The position numbers and the translations under genes are program-made. Under the pieces are notes generated by a model. It did no database searches and was not told the DNA's origin. It saw nothing but the letters and a program-made list of their open reading frames with translations. From Desulfobacterales bacterium (GTDB lineage: Bacteria; Desulfobacterota; Desulfobacteria; Desulfobacterales; UBA5616), in the NCBI GenBank assembly GCA_046483495.1, contig JAWODC010000070.1, positions 64,001-128,000 on the forward strand: 64,000 nt of DNA. Reading direction: 5' to 3'. The stretch's first letter is position 1, and the number at the start of each line of letters is the position of its first letter. Positions 1-9,686 of the stretch are shown here, one piece after another.

Positions 1-259
1 CTCCGTAAATCGGCTGCAGCAGCTCGATTTGCATATTGCCGAGATTGGCCAGTGCGGCCCGAACGACGGAAGCTTTGTCTGCTATTTTTTTATTCCGGAA
101 AACCATTTCTGTTGCGGCAAAATCAAACACCGTCCACGGCCCGATGCCGAAGATTTCCGAATATTTTCTTGCGGACGTGTGGACATCGTTGACGACAATG
201 CCGATTTGATCGATTTTTTTGCCTGTAGTATTCACAATCGGCTGGTGTTGTGTAGCCAT
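1..259 (-). CDS. VOC/glyoxalase superfamily protein (methylmalonyl-CoA epimerase-like), runs off the window's left edge
   Basis: Not in the ORF track. Manual translation from ATG 259: MATQHQPIVNTTGKKIDQIGIVVNDV...KYSEIFGIGPW...ALANLGNMQIELLQPIYG. AAGGAG RBS upstream. Confidence 0.8.
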   Translation of the reverse strand, partial: MATQHQPIVNTTGKKIDQIGIVVNDVHTSARKYSEIFGIGPWTVFDFAATEMVFRNKKIADKASVVRAALANLGNMQIELLQPIYG

Positions 260-276
260 TTTTCTTCTCCTTTTGT

Positions 277-1158
277 TCAGTGGTATGCGGGTGCCCTGCT
301 TTCCTTCAGCTTCCAGATAGCGGCGCATCCGATGAAGAAATTGTGGTCGTCCTGCACAAGCGGGCTGTCCGCGTAGGCTGCCGGTGAAACATACTCCCAA
401 CGTACATAGCCGGCAAAGGAAAGGCGCTCTGAAATGCGCCGGATAATCCTGCCGGAAAGCGACAGGACGGAAAGGCCTGCATCCGGTTCGAAGGCGGGCC
501 GTCCGGGACGGGCATCTTTCGGCGGAACCTCGTAAAAGTATTCGTGAAGGCTTTTATCGGAGAATTCGATACCGGTATTCAGGCCCATATGCCAGCGGGG
601 ATTTCCCCAAGGCGCATCGTGTTGATACACCAGGTTCATGGCGGATTTGAACCCCCGGTGACGGATATCGATGTTGTCGGGAATGCCGACGGAAAAGGCC
701 GCTCGAGCGGCGAACTGAAGGTATATCGTCCGATATGGATGCCGACCGGTAAAATACCATTTCAGGCTCGGCCCGGCCTCGATGACCGAGTCAAGCTCCG
801 ACATGCCGGTCCTGGCGCGATTATCATCCGCCACCGGCGGATTTCCCCACCCGGATAGGGTCGTCTCCAGGTTTTCGGAACGGTAGAAAATCCCCCGGAC
901 CCCTTCCTGGTCGAGTTCAAAGAATTTGCCCCGGTATATGACGTACGGCAGGGGAAGAGCCCACAGCCGGTATTCATCGGAGCCCCGGTAGTGGGGCATG
1001 TAAACGGCTCCGGGGAAAAGCCCGAATTCCCAGAGCGGCTCTGTCGTAACGCCGCTTTTTCCGGCGGCACATAAACGACCGGGAATACCGATGATAAACA
1101 CGAGAACGCAAAACAGTATAAAAGAACGCGATAGTGATACATTTCGGCCTGTTTTCAT
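277..1158 (-). CDS. MipA/OmpV-family outer-membrane protein
   Basis: Signal peptide, P.Y.GSDEY..ALPLPYVIYRG motif, YFYEV and SPLV C-terminal pattern, alternating beta-strand character. Confidence 0.8.
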   Translation of the reverse strand: MKTGRNVSLSRSFILFCVLVFIIGIPGRLCAAGKSGVTTEPLWEFGLFPGAVYMPHYRGSDEYRLWALPLPYVIYRGKFFELDQEGVRGIFYRSENLETTLSGWGNPPVADDNRARTGMSELDSVIEAGPSLKWYFTGRHPYRTIYLQFAARAAFSVGIPDNIDIRHRGFKSAMNLVYQHDAPWGNPRWHMGLNTGIEFSDKSLHEYFYEVPPKDARPGRPAFEPDAGLSVLSLSGRIIRRISERLSFAGYVRWEYVSPAAYADSPLVQDDHNFFIGCAAIWKLKESRAPAYH

Positions 1159-1455
1159 CGTGTATGGGGCAGCCTTGCCGATTTTTTCACGTGTGAAATG
1201 CAGGAAGCTGGAAAGACAACTTTATATTTACCACGCAAACACCTTGTGTGTCAACGGTGCCGGGAAGACAAGAACCCGGCGGGCACATGATTTTCTTTGC
1301 TTCATAAGGCCGATTGTGGTTTAATTATTTTCATAAAACGGTATCTTTTGACCCGTAGCGGTTTTTCGCCGTTTTGACACCTTCAGCCTATTGGCCCGTT
1401 TGAGGCGCAGGTAATCCGACATTCACACACAATTCCCACCAAAGGAGCCGACCTC

Positions 1456-2895
1456 ATGAAAATGCCCAAAATCGGTATGACGGAAAAGGAGCTGTTCGAA
1501 AGACTGGATGCATTCCAGGCGGATGACATCAACTGGCGTTCCGGAAGAGTATTCGGTTATGTTTTCGATCCCGGTAAGCCGGCAATGGAAATCGGAAAGA
1601 AGGTGTATTCCCGGTTTCTCACCGAGAATGCGCTGGATTTTTCGGTATTCCCGAGTCTTTTTCGATTCGAAACGGAGTTGGTGTCCCTCTTGTCCACGCA
1701 TTTGAACGGTGATGAAAATGTGGTTGGAAATTTTACCAGTGGCGGTACGGAAAGCATCATGTTGGCCGTAAAGGCCGCACGGGATCATTTCAGGGAGAAA
1801 AACCCGGACGTTAAAACGCCGGAAATGATTCTGCCCATTACGGCGCATGCCGCTTTCCACAAAGCCGCTCATTACCTGGATGTCAAGGTGGTGCCCTCGG
1901 CCGTCGATGATGCCTTCAAAGCCGATGTTGCGGCTGTAAAAAGGGCGATTACGCCGAATACGGCCTTGATCGTGGGATCGGCGCCCTCCTACGCCCACGG
2001 GGTGGTCGACCCGATTCCGGAGATGGCCGAGGAAGCCCGGGAGAAAAATATCCTGTTTCATGTGGATGCCTGCGTGGGCGGATTCATGCTGCCGTATTTC
2101 AAACGGCTGGGGGAAGCCATACCGGACTTTGATTTCAGCGTCCCGGGGGTGACTTCCATTTCGGTGGACCTGCATAAATACGCCTACACCCCAAAGGGTG
2201 CTTCCCTGGTGCTGTACAGGGACAAAAGCATTCGCAAGCATCAGATTTTTGCCTGCTCCCACTGGACCGGCTATACGATCATCAATAATGCCGTTCAAAG
2301 TTCCCGGTCCGGCGGCCCCATGGCTGCGGCCTGGGCCGTTCTGCACTATATCGGCGATGATGGATACCTGGAGATCGCCAGGAAAAAAATCGAGGCGACA
2401 AAAAAGATAATCGCCGGCATTGAAAAGCACCCGGATTTGCGGCTGATGACATGGCCGGACATCTGCATGATTTCCTTTACCTCCGATACGGTGAACATCT
2501 TTCACATCATCGACGAGATGAATGAAATGGGCTGGTATATCCAGCCGGCGCTGACATTTGGAAACTCAAAAGAAAATATTCACCTGTCCATCAATTTATC
2601 CAATGTCGGCTGGGAAGAAGCGCTTCTTCAGGACCTCTACCGGTGTGTTGAAAAGGCAAAGACCATGCCGTCGGGGGCGTTGGCCGGACTGGTGAAGGAA
2701 GAAATCGGAAACCTCGAACCGGATGCCCTCGACGATGCGGCCGTGTCCCAGCTCCTCGAAGCAGCGGGTGTTTCAGAAGCAAGCCTTCCGGGCCGCATGG
2801 CGGATATCAATGAGGTTCTCAATGCTCTCCCGTCTCCGCTTCGTGAAAAACTTCTCATTGGTTATATCAATGATCTTTTTACGATAAAAGGATAG
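1456..2895 (+). CDS. Group II PLP-dependent enzyme, sphingosine-1-phosphate lyase/decarboxylase-like
   Basis: TSGGTESI, AHAAFHKAA, GSAPSYAHG..DPI, HVDACVGGF, SISVDLHKY (PLP lysine), SRSGG motifs. Confidence 0.85.
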   Translation: MKMPKIGMTEKELFERLDAFQADDINWRSGRVFGYVFDPGKPAMEIGKKVYSRFLTENALDFSVFPSLFRFETELVSLLSTHLNGDENVVGNFTSGGTESIMLAVKAARDHFREKNPDVKTPEMILPITAHAAFHKAAHYLDVKVVPSAVDDAFKADVAAVKRAITPNTALIVGSAPSYAHGVVDPIPEMAEEAREKNILFHVDACVGGFMLPYFKRLGEAIPDFDFSVPGVTSISVDLHKYAYTPKGASLVLYRDKSIRKHQIFACSHWTGYTIINNAVQSSRSGGPMAAAWAVLHYIGDDGYLEIARKKIEATKKIIAGIEKHPDLRLMTWPDICMISFTSDTVNIFHIIDEMNEMGWYIQPALTFGNSKENIHLSINLSNVGWEEALLQDLYRCVEKAKTMPSGALAGLVKEEIGNLEPDALDDAAVSQLLEAAGVSEASLPGRMADINEVLNALPSPLREKLLIGYINDLFTIKG

Positions 2896-2956
2896 CAATC
2901 GATAGTCCGGTGTTCATCCAGGCGTGTGGTCGATATCGACTTCATTTTCCCTTATC

Positions 2957-2973
2957 ATGCAAACGGTTTGCAT
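2957..2973. promoter_or_regulatory. Candidate Zur operator (17-bp palindrome ATGCAAACGGTTTGCAT)
   Basis: Perfect 8-1-8 palindrome about 180 bp upstream of the znuACB-zur operon; fits the ATGCAA-N5-TTGCAT type of Zur site I recall for sulfate-reducing deltaproteobacteria. Confidence 0.65.
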
Positions 2974-3012
2974 TTCATGTTTACATGCATATAAAGGTTG
3001 TGATAGCTTAAT

Positions 3013-3072
3013 CCTGTCCGTCCAGGAATGGCTCATTCCCTTCACGAATTTTCTCCTTTCCGGATGGGCCAT
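3013..3072. repeat. Internally deleted miniature copy of the ~146-bp hairpin repeat
   Basis: TGTCCGTCCAGGAATGGCTCATTC ... AATTTTCTCCTTTCCGGATGGGCC resembles both ends of the 4077-4223 copy in reverse orientation, without the core. Confidence 0.5.
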
Positions 3073-3154
3073 AAATCGGGTCGTTTCGAAAAACCACAGG
3101 CGCCTTTCCATTCGCCTGTTTGCATGGAAATTCCCGGAAAAAGGAATTCGGCTG

Positions 3155-4075
3155 ATGCAGCAAAAACGTCTTTTGGGACGATTGATTCTTTTATTCGGCC
3201 TTGCAGCCGGCCTATCCGCTTCATCAGCGTACGGTGCCGACGCCGTTCCGGTATTTGTCAGTATTTTGCCGCAGAAATATTTTGTTGAGCGGATCGGCGG
3301 TGACCGGGTTGATGTTTCTGTTATGGTTCAACCGGGTGCGAACCCCGCCGTCTATGAACCCAAACCCATGCAAATGGCCAAATTGGCTAACGCCCGCATT
3401 TACTTTGCCGTAGGCGTTCCCTTTGAATCCGCCTGGCTTGAAAAGTTTGCATCTGTCGGCTCGCGCTTAACAATTGTTCAAACACAAGCCGGCATTAAGA
3501 AAAGACCTATGCCCGCCATGCATTTACACGGGAATGGGCGTTTACATGAACCGCTGCCGCACAGCAGGCGTTCAGACCCCCATGTATGGACCTCTCCACC
3601 GCTGGTAAAAATTCTGGCGGACAATATCCATGGCGGGTTGTCGTCGGTCGATCCGGAAAACGCATCCCTTTATGAGGCCAATTACCGGCGCTTCATAGAG
3701 GAAATCAACGAACTCGACCTTCGAATTCGGCGAATCCTGTCGAAGATCGATCCGCCCCGGTCCTTCATGGTGTATCACCCCTCGTGGGGGTATTTTGCCG
3801 ACACCTATCATTTAAAGCAGATACCTGTTGAACTGGAAGGAAAAGCGCCCAAGCCGGCCCAACTGCGCCGGCTGATCGAACGGGCCGAAGCCGAGGGAAT
3901 CAAGGTGATATTCGCTCAACCCCAATTTTCGACGAAAAGCGCCGAAGCCGTTGCCGGGGCAATCGGCGGGCGGGTGGTATACGCCGATCCTTTGGCCTAT
4001 GATTGGCCGGGGAACCTGCTGCGCCAGGCGGAGCAGTTCAAGGCGGCCGTTCTCGAGGCGAAAAAGAAAAAATAA
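3155..4075 (+). CDS. znuA: Zinc ABC transporter substrate-binding protein
   Basis: Start at ATG 3155 (MQQKRLL) with signal peptide; VSILPQ, YEPKP, His-containing loop, DPHVWTSP, HPSWGYFA motifs. Confidence 0.9.
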   Translation: MQQKRLLGRLILLFGLAAGLSASSAYGADAVPVFVSILPQKYFVERIGGDRVDVSVMVQPGANPAVYEPKPMQMAKLANARIYFAVGVPFESAWLEKFASVGSRLTIVQTQAGIKKRPMPAMHLHGNGRLHEPLPHSRRSDPHVWTSPPLVKILADNIHGGLSSVDPENASLYEANYRRFIEEINELDLRIRRILSKIDPPRSFMVYHPSWGYFADTYHLKQIPVELEGKAPKPAQLRRLIERAEAEGIKVIFAQPQFSTKSAEAVAGAIGGRVVYADPLAYDWPGNLLRQAEQFKAAVLEAKKKK

Positions 4076-4076
4076 C

Positions 4077-4223
4077 CGGTGTCCATCCGGAAATGAGAAA
4101 ATTTGCTCTAGTTCAAGGCGGACGGGAAATTTTAACTGCAGGAATACGTTACGTATTTTGAGGATTAAAATTTTCCGGCCAACGAAGAAATGGCGCGAAT
4201 CAGCCGTTTCCGGATGGGCATTA
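4077..4223. repeat. ~147-bp MITE/ERIC-like nested-hairpin repeat, copy A (between znuA and znuC)
   Basis: Terminal IR GTGTCCATCCGGAAA / TTTCCGGATGGGCAT; strongly similar to 34424-34568 and 38824-38969. Confidence 0.85.
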
Positions 4224-4241
4224 ACACCATGTGGCGGAATT

Positions 4242-5006
4242 ATGAAAGCGCCGATCATCGAAATAAAAGATCTCTTTTACAGGCATAACGGGCATCCGGT
4301 ATTGAACAGCGTATCATTCTCCGTGAAAGAAGGGGATTTCCTGGCCCTCATCGGCCCGAACGGCGGGGGGAAGACAACGCTTATCAAGCTCATGGTGGGT
4401 CTGCTGCCACCGAACCGTGGTCGCATATGTATAATGGGCAAGCCGCCGGGTTCGGTTTCGCGTCGGATTGGGTATGTCCCCCAGGATGTGAATATTAATA
4501 CAAATTTTCCGATATCCGTTGCGGATGTGGTCAGGATGGGGCGGCTCAATGCTAAAAAACGGGGCTATATCCGAAGCAGTCGACATGATGCCGATATCAT
4601 TCAAAAAGCCTTGCAGGAACTGGATATGTGGGACTGTAAAAGCCGACGCATCGGTGAACTGTCCGGGGGGCAGCGGCAGCGGGTCTTGATCGCAAGGGCT
4701 TTGGCGGCGGAACCGGAAATACTTTTTCTGGACGAGCCTACCTCCGGTGTGGATGCTCAGGGGCAGGTGTCGCTCTACGACCGGCTGAAAGAATTGAACA
4801 AAACCGTCACCATTGTCATGGCAACCCACGACACAATGGTTATTTCCAGCTATATAAAATCCGTGGCCTGTGTAAACCGCGATGTCTATTATCATGATGG
4901 CGGCGAGATTACGGATCAGATGATGGATATGTATACCTGTCCAGTGGAAGTGTTGGCCCATGGACTTCCCCATCGCGTGCTTCGGACCCACAAAGGTGAT
5001 GGATAA
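4242..5006 (+). CDS. znuC: Zinc ABC transporter ATP-binding protein
   Basis: Start ATG 4242 (MKAPII); Walker A GPNGGGKT, LSGGQRQR, LDEPT; C-terminal CPVEVLAHGLPHRVL. Confidence 0.9.
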   Translation: MKAPIIEIKDLFYRHNGHPVLNSVSFSVKEGDFLALIGPNGGGKTTLIKLMVGLLPPNRGRICIMGKPPGSVSRRIGYVPQDVNINTNFPISVADVVRMGRLNAKKRGYIRSSRHDADIIQKALQELDMWDCKSRRIGELSGGQRQRVLIARALAAEPEILFLDEPTSGVDAQGQVSLYDRLKELNKTVTIVMATHDTMVISSYIKSVACVNRDVYYHDGGEITDQMMDMYTCPVEVLAHGLPHRVLRTHKGDG

Positions 5007-5830
5007 TGTCGGAACTTCTTGGATACGAGTTTATGCGGCACGCTGTTTTGGCCGGTGTGATTGCCGGAATGATCTGTGGTGTGATCGGCACGCTGGTGGT
5101 GGTCAATCGCATCGTATTTCTGTCCGGCGGAATTGCCCATGCCGCTTACGGCGGCATCGGATTGTCCTATTTTATGGGGTGGCCCTATCTCCTTGGCACC
5201 GTGGGATTTTCCATGCTTGCCGCCATGGTCATGGCGGCCGTGACGCTGAATGCGAAACATCGGGCGGATACGGTTATCGGGGTTATCTGGGCCGTCGGGA
5301 TGGCTTTGGGCGTTATTTTTATCGACCTCACCCCTGGATACACCGCCGATTTGATGAGCTACCTCTTCGGCAGCATCCTCGCCGTTTCAAAAGCGGACAT
5401 TTTTTACATGGGCGGACTTTTCCTTTTCATCTGTATTGTGGTTTGGTATTTTTACGAGGAGTTTCTGGCCATGTCCTATGATCCGGAATTTGCAAGGGTT
5501 AGAGGTGTCCCTGTGCAAATGCTTTATTTTCTGCTCATTGGCATGGTCGCTCTTGCCGTGGTGATGGTCATACGGGTGGTGGGGCTTATTCTCGTGATCG
5601 CATTGTTGACGATCCCGCCGTACATCGCCGAGCAGTACGCAACCTCGGTAGGCCGGATGATAATAATTTCAACCGTATTAGGCCTGATTTTTACCCTGGG
5701 AGGGCTTAGTCTGTCATATGCCTTTAATTTAACATCCGGGGCCGTTATTATCCTGGTCGCCGGTTCCGGGTTTTTTGCCTGTGTCCTGCTGAAATGGATT
5801 TTCCAACGATTTTCTCATCGAGGTGATTAA
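5006..5830 (+). CDS. znuB: Zinc ABC transporter permease
   Basis: Polytopic hydrophobic protein with GIAHAAYGG, SYLFGSIL and VGLILVIALL motifs. Confidence 0.9.
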   Translation: MSELLGYEFMRHAVLAGVIAGMICGVIGTLVVVNRIVFLSGGIAHAAYGGIGLSYFMGWPYLLGTVGFSMLAAMVMAAVTLNAKHRADTVIGVIWAVGMALGVIFIDLTPGYTADLMSYLFGSILAVSKADIFYMGGLFLFICIVVWYFYEEFLAMSYDPEFARVRGVPVQMLYFLLIGMVALAVVMVIRVVGLILVIALLTIPPYIAEQYATSVGRMIIISTVLGLIFTLGGLSLSYAFNLTSGAVIILVAGSGFFACVLLKWIFQRFSHRGD

Positions 5831-6287
5831 AAACATGTGCCGCCGTTGTGATTATACGGGCATGCTCGTAAATGCAGGGCTGACGCCGCTTCCCAATCGT
5901 TTGAAGATCCTGGAAGTGATCGGCGACAGCTCGAGTCCGTTGAGCGCCGGAGAAATTCATGGTATTTTAAAACGACGCAACCGCATCAATTCGGTGACGG
6001 TATATCGCATCCTGGGCCTGCTGGTGAAAAACAGGTTGGTGGAGAAAATTATTTCAGGGGATCAGTCCCGGCGGTACGGTCCGGCTCCAAATCACTATCA
6101 TAGACCCCACGCTCATTTTTTCTGTCGATCCTGCAAAAGCCTAAAGTGTCTGCATCCGGAAAGCCTGCTGTTGGACATTGAATCCCTGAGGAAAACATTT
6201 CCAGGCGTTATTGAACACACACAGATCCGTATCGACGGAATCTGTGAAAAATGCCTTAAAAAAGCACATTCAAATACAGCGGCATAA
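5823..6287 (+). CDS. zur: Fur-family regulator (Zur)
   Basis: TVYRIL helix, HAHFFCRSC and terminal CEKC motifs; last gene of the znu operon. Confidence 0.8.
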   Translation: MIKNMCRRCDYTGMLVNAGLTPLPNRLKILEVIGDSSSPLSAGEIHGILKRRNRINSVTVYRILGLLVKNRLVEKIISGDQSRRYGPAPNHYHRPHAHFFCRSCKSLKCLHPESLLLDIESLRKTFPGVIEHTQIRIDGICEKCLKKAHSNTAA

Positions 6288-6353
6288 ACCCTTTCTGCCG
6301 TTTCCGATGACTTACAAATGACTGGAACTCCTTTTAAGCAAGGATACTATCGT

Positions 6354-8138
6354 ATGCAAATCCAGACCCCTTTAAACAAGCTCATGACCCGTCCCTGGTT
6401 CAAACATTATCCCAAGGCCGTTCGTGATGCCATACCCACATATAATCTCCCGAAGGTGCCCTTATATCGGTTTCTGGAATCTGCATCCGAATATTTCCCC
6501 GACACTTGCGCCGTTGTATACGAACCGGAAAATGTCATCATCAGCTACCGGGATTTGATGGTGCTCAGTCAACGATTCGCCTCAGGCCTTGTTCATATCT
6601 GCAGGGTGAAAAAAGGGGACAGCGTGGCGATTTGTGCACGCAACTACCCGGAATTTATCATTGCCTTCTATGGCATCTTATTGGCTGGGGCACGATACGT
6701 AGCCTGCAATCCGCTTCTTGTCGAAGAGGAAACGGCGTATCAGCTGCAGGATGCCGATTGCCGTGTCGTGGTGATCTCAGAGGACAAGATACCCGAGATG
6801 GTGAAGATTCACGATGCCTATCCGGCTGTTTGCCGCCGCATTATTGTCTTTGATCGGGACAGGGAGCTTAAACCCGGTATACTGCAGGACGCCCTGCCCC
6901 GGCTCGACCCGCCCTTTTATCGGTTTGTGAATGTCCTGCTGGATAAGCCGTTTGAACGGCCGCATATCGATCCTGCAATGGATACGGCTGCTGTGATGTA
7001 CACCTCCGGTACGACCGGCGAGGCAAAAGGCGTTATGATTTCCCATTTCAATGCCGTATCAAGCAGCATTTGCTATTATACCACTTACACGGAATGTTTT
7101 CCGGAAATGGATGCAAACGGTTTTTTAAAATGCGAAAATTTTCAACGGGATTTGTCCGGCAAATGGGAATTTCCCATGCGGTACGGAGTGGATTCGACGC
7201 TTGCGGTGTCGCCGTGGACGCACATGATGGGGTTCATCCCTTATCTTAACTGCTCGGTAATGGCTGGAATCACCGTCTTTCCAATGCCTGTATTCGATAT
7301 GGAAAAAGCATTGAACCTGATCCGGCGGTGGAAGATTTCATTTGCCGGGGGCGCGCCGCAGATGATGGCCATGCTGCTGGCCCGCCCCGACACGGAACAG
7401 ATCGACCTTTCATCCATTCGGGTGTGGGCCACGGGTTCCGCACCGTGTCCTGTGGCTGTCGGCCGAAAATTCGAGAAGAGAATCGGGGGTGTCGTATCAG
7501 AGGGATATTCACTTACCGAGGCAACGGTCAGTTCAACGAAAAATTACGCCGGCCGTTCCTGTAAGCGAAAATGGGGGTCGGTGGGTATTCCGCTGCCATT
7601 CACGGATATCAAAATCGTGGATCTCGATACCGGTTCGACGCTGATGCCCGTGGGAGAAGAAGGACAACTGATACAAAAAGGACCTCAAGTGGCTGTCGGT
7701 TATCTAAACAAGCCGGAAGAAACCGCCGAGGTCTTCAAGGACGGCTGGTTGTATACCGGTGATGTCGCGAAAATGGATGAGGACGGATATGTCTATATCA
7801 CCGGCCGGCTTAAAGAGATCATTATTTACAAGGGGTACAACATCGCACCGCGGATGCTCGAAGAGATTCTCTATCAGCATCCGGGCGTTTTGCAATGTGC
7901 CGTTGTCGGGAAAAAGGACGATTTGGCCGGTGAAATTCCTGTTGCCTTTGTAAGCCTCAAAGAGGGGGACGAGACCTCAGCCGGCGAACTGACGAATTTT
8001 GTCAATGAGCGGGTTGCAGGGTACAAAAAAATACGCGAAATGCATATTGTCGATTCGCTGCCGATGACGGGATTTGGAAAAATTCTTCATCAAAACTTGA
8101 AGCGGCAATTGGAACAAAACGCCCGGTACGGTGAGTAA
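6354..8138 (+). CDS. Long-chain acyl-CoA synthetase (AMP-forming)
   Basis: YTSGTTGEAKG, EGYSLTE, TGD and GR.KE motifs; start uncertain (6318, 6354 or 6384). Confidence 0.9.
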   Translation: MQIQTPLNKLMTRPWFKHYPKAVRDAIPTYNLPKVPLYRFLESASEYFPDTCAVVYEPENVIISYRDLMVLSQRFASGLVHICRVKKGDSVAICARNYPEFIIAFYGILLAGARYVACNPLLVEEETAYQLQDADCRVVVISEDKIPEMVKIHDAYPAVCRRIIVFDRDRELKPGILQDALPRLDPPFYRFVNVLLDKPFERPHIDPAMDTAAVMYTSGTTGEAKGVMISHFNAVSSSICYYTTYTECFPEMDANGFLKCENFQRDLSGKWEFPMRYGVDSTLAVSPWTHMMGFIPYLNCSVMAGITVFPMPVFDMEKALNLIRRWKISFAGGAPQMMAMLLARPDTEQIDLSSIRVWATGSAPCPVAVGRKFEKRIGGVVSEGYSLTEATVSSTKNYAGRSCKRKWGSVGIPLPFTDIKIVDLDTGSTLMPVGEEGQLIQKGPQVAVGYLNKPEETAEVFKDGWLYTGDVAKMDEDGYVYITGRLKEIIIYKGYNIAPRMLEEILYQHPGVLQCAVVGKKDDLAGEIPVAFVSLKEGDETSAGELTNFVNERVAGYKKIREMHIVDSLPMTGFGKILHQNLKRQLEQNARYGE

Positions 8139-8331
8139 AAAAGACGATTGGTTCGACGATTATCGTAAAATCCATGTCTAACGGCATTGATGAAAGACCG
8201 GTGAACCGGTTCCAATCCCATCTGTTTGTGTAAGAATCGAGGAAACGATGACATTTTCTACGCTATCCCTTCCCCAAAAGGCGGTGGACGATTAAAGTAG
8301 CGAAATCCGAACCGTATTCGTGGAGGCAGGT

Positions 8332-8693
8332 ATGGGCAGGAAATTGACACAGGAGCAAATTGCAAAGGCATTGGGGATATTGGGCAAGATCGATTCCCGC
8401 CGATTCTTCTGGAAAGCCTCGGGCTATATCGAAAAGGATCTTGATCGTCCCGTAATCGCAATCGCCAATTCGGCTCAAGATGCGGGTGTCGGGCACATGC
8501 ATCTTCGAGAACTGGCGCGCCATGTAAAAGAAAGCGTTTACGCCTCGGGCGGCATCTTTCCGAGGATGAGGTCGAAGCGCGTCTGAAACATTTCAAGCCT
8601 CCCGAACCCCGGATCAAAACAGGTGTTCTTGTCGACTGGCGGCTCACCGCTACCCAATTTCATGAAGGCGCCATGCTGAAAAGGAAGCTCTAG
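8332..8693 (+). pseudogene. ilvD: Dihydroxy-acid dehydratase (IlvD/Edd family) relic with a large internal deletion
   Basis: N-terminus ...DLDRPVIAIANSAQDAGVGHMHLRELARHVKESVYASGG joined out of frame at about 8553 to a family-type C-terminus LSEDEVEARLKHFKPPEPRIKTGVLVDWRLTATQFHEGAMLKRKL*. Confidence 0.75.
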
Positions 8694-8743
8694 TGATCGG
8701 TTAACGACAGGTGTAAAAAGGCTGCCGGCGGCCTTTCGGGGGA

Positions 8744-9589
8744 TTATTCGGCCGGCAGTCGATCCAGAAACGATTTGACGGCATGCGGGTATCCCGGTGT
8801 AAGGCTCGAATCGCTGTGGTCCGCACCTTCGGCGATGTAAATGGATACATTTTCATGGGGAAAGCTGCGCTTCAACTCGCGGGCAAAACGGAGCGGAAAG
8901 CGCTTGTCCTGTTCACCGTGAATGATCATGACGGGCGCACGAATGTGCTTTGCCAGCCGCACCGGGCTATACCGGTCAAGCGCTCCCCGGTAAAAGAGGT
9001 TCATCCAGGAGAGAATCATCCGTGCAAAGAAAAAGCCGAAAACCGGGTTGAACCAGCGGTAGAGGCTCAGTAATCCCTCTTTGGCATCGGCATACGATGC
9101 CTCCAAGAACAGCATGCGGATCATGGCCGGATTTCGGGCGGCTGCTAAAATCGCCCCTGCGGAACCGGCGGAATGTCCGTAGAGAATGACCGGTTCGGCC
9201 ACCCATTCCAGGACGGACTCGATATCTTCGGCAAACCTGACGGCGTTCATGAGTTTTTTGGGGCTGGAGTTGCCGTGGTCCCTTGCACTGTGTAAAACAG
9301 TCGTGAACCCCCATTGGGCAAACATTCGGGCCCGACCGACCATTCTGTCGCGGTTTCGGCCCCAACCATGGGCGAACACGACGATTCCTCTGGAGTCACC
9401 CTCCGGTTCGATGCGCCATACCTCCAGTTTTCCGCCGTCTTGCGCCGGAATGGCGATGTCGATGACGGTACCCCAGTCCGGCGATTCTTTCACCGGATTC
9501 CGGGGAAAACGGTGTACCATGTAGGCGAGAAACAGGGTGAACATCAGGTAAAAAAGCGCCACTCCGGCCACGATGTACATGATCAGCAT
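8744..9589 (-). CDS. Membrane-anchored alpha/beta hydrolase
   Basis: N-terminal transmembrane segment, HGW, GHSAG nucleophile elbow, HGEQD, ADH. Confidence 0.85.
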   Translation of the reverse strand: MLIMYIVAGVALFYLMFTLFLAYMVHRFPRNPVKESPDWGTVIDIAIPAQDGGKLEVWRIEPEGDSRGIVVFAHGWGRNRDRMVGRARMFAQWGFTTVLHSARDHGNSSPKKLMNAVRFAEDIESVLEWVAEPVILYGHSAGSAGAILAAARNPAMIRMLFLEASYADAKEGLLSLYRWFNPVFGFFFARMILSWMNLFYRGALDRYSPVRLAKHIRAPVMIIHGEQDKRFPLRFARELKRSFPHENVSIYIAEGADHSDSSLTPGYPHAVKSFLDRLPAE

Positions 9590-9686
9590 GAGCGGTGTAT
9601 CCTTTTAGGGGCCACGTTTTTTAAAGAACCTGTATGATTGATGTGTTTTTCCGATTCATTTGCGATGGTTGGGGCTAAATGAAAAG

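Noticed and set aside
4036..4048. GTTCAAGGCGGCC inside the znuA 3' end matching the repeat core word
   Set aside because: It lies in coding sequence (QFKAA) with no accompanying stems; treated as coincidence.
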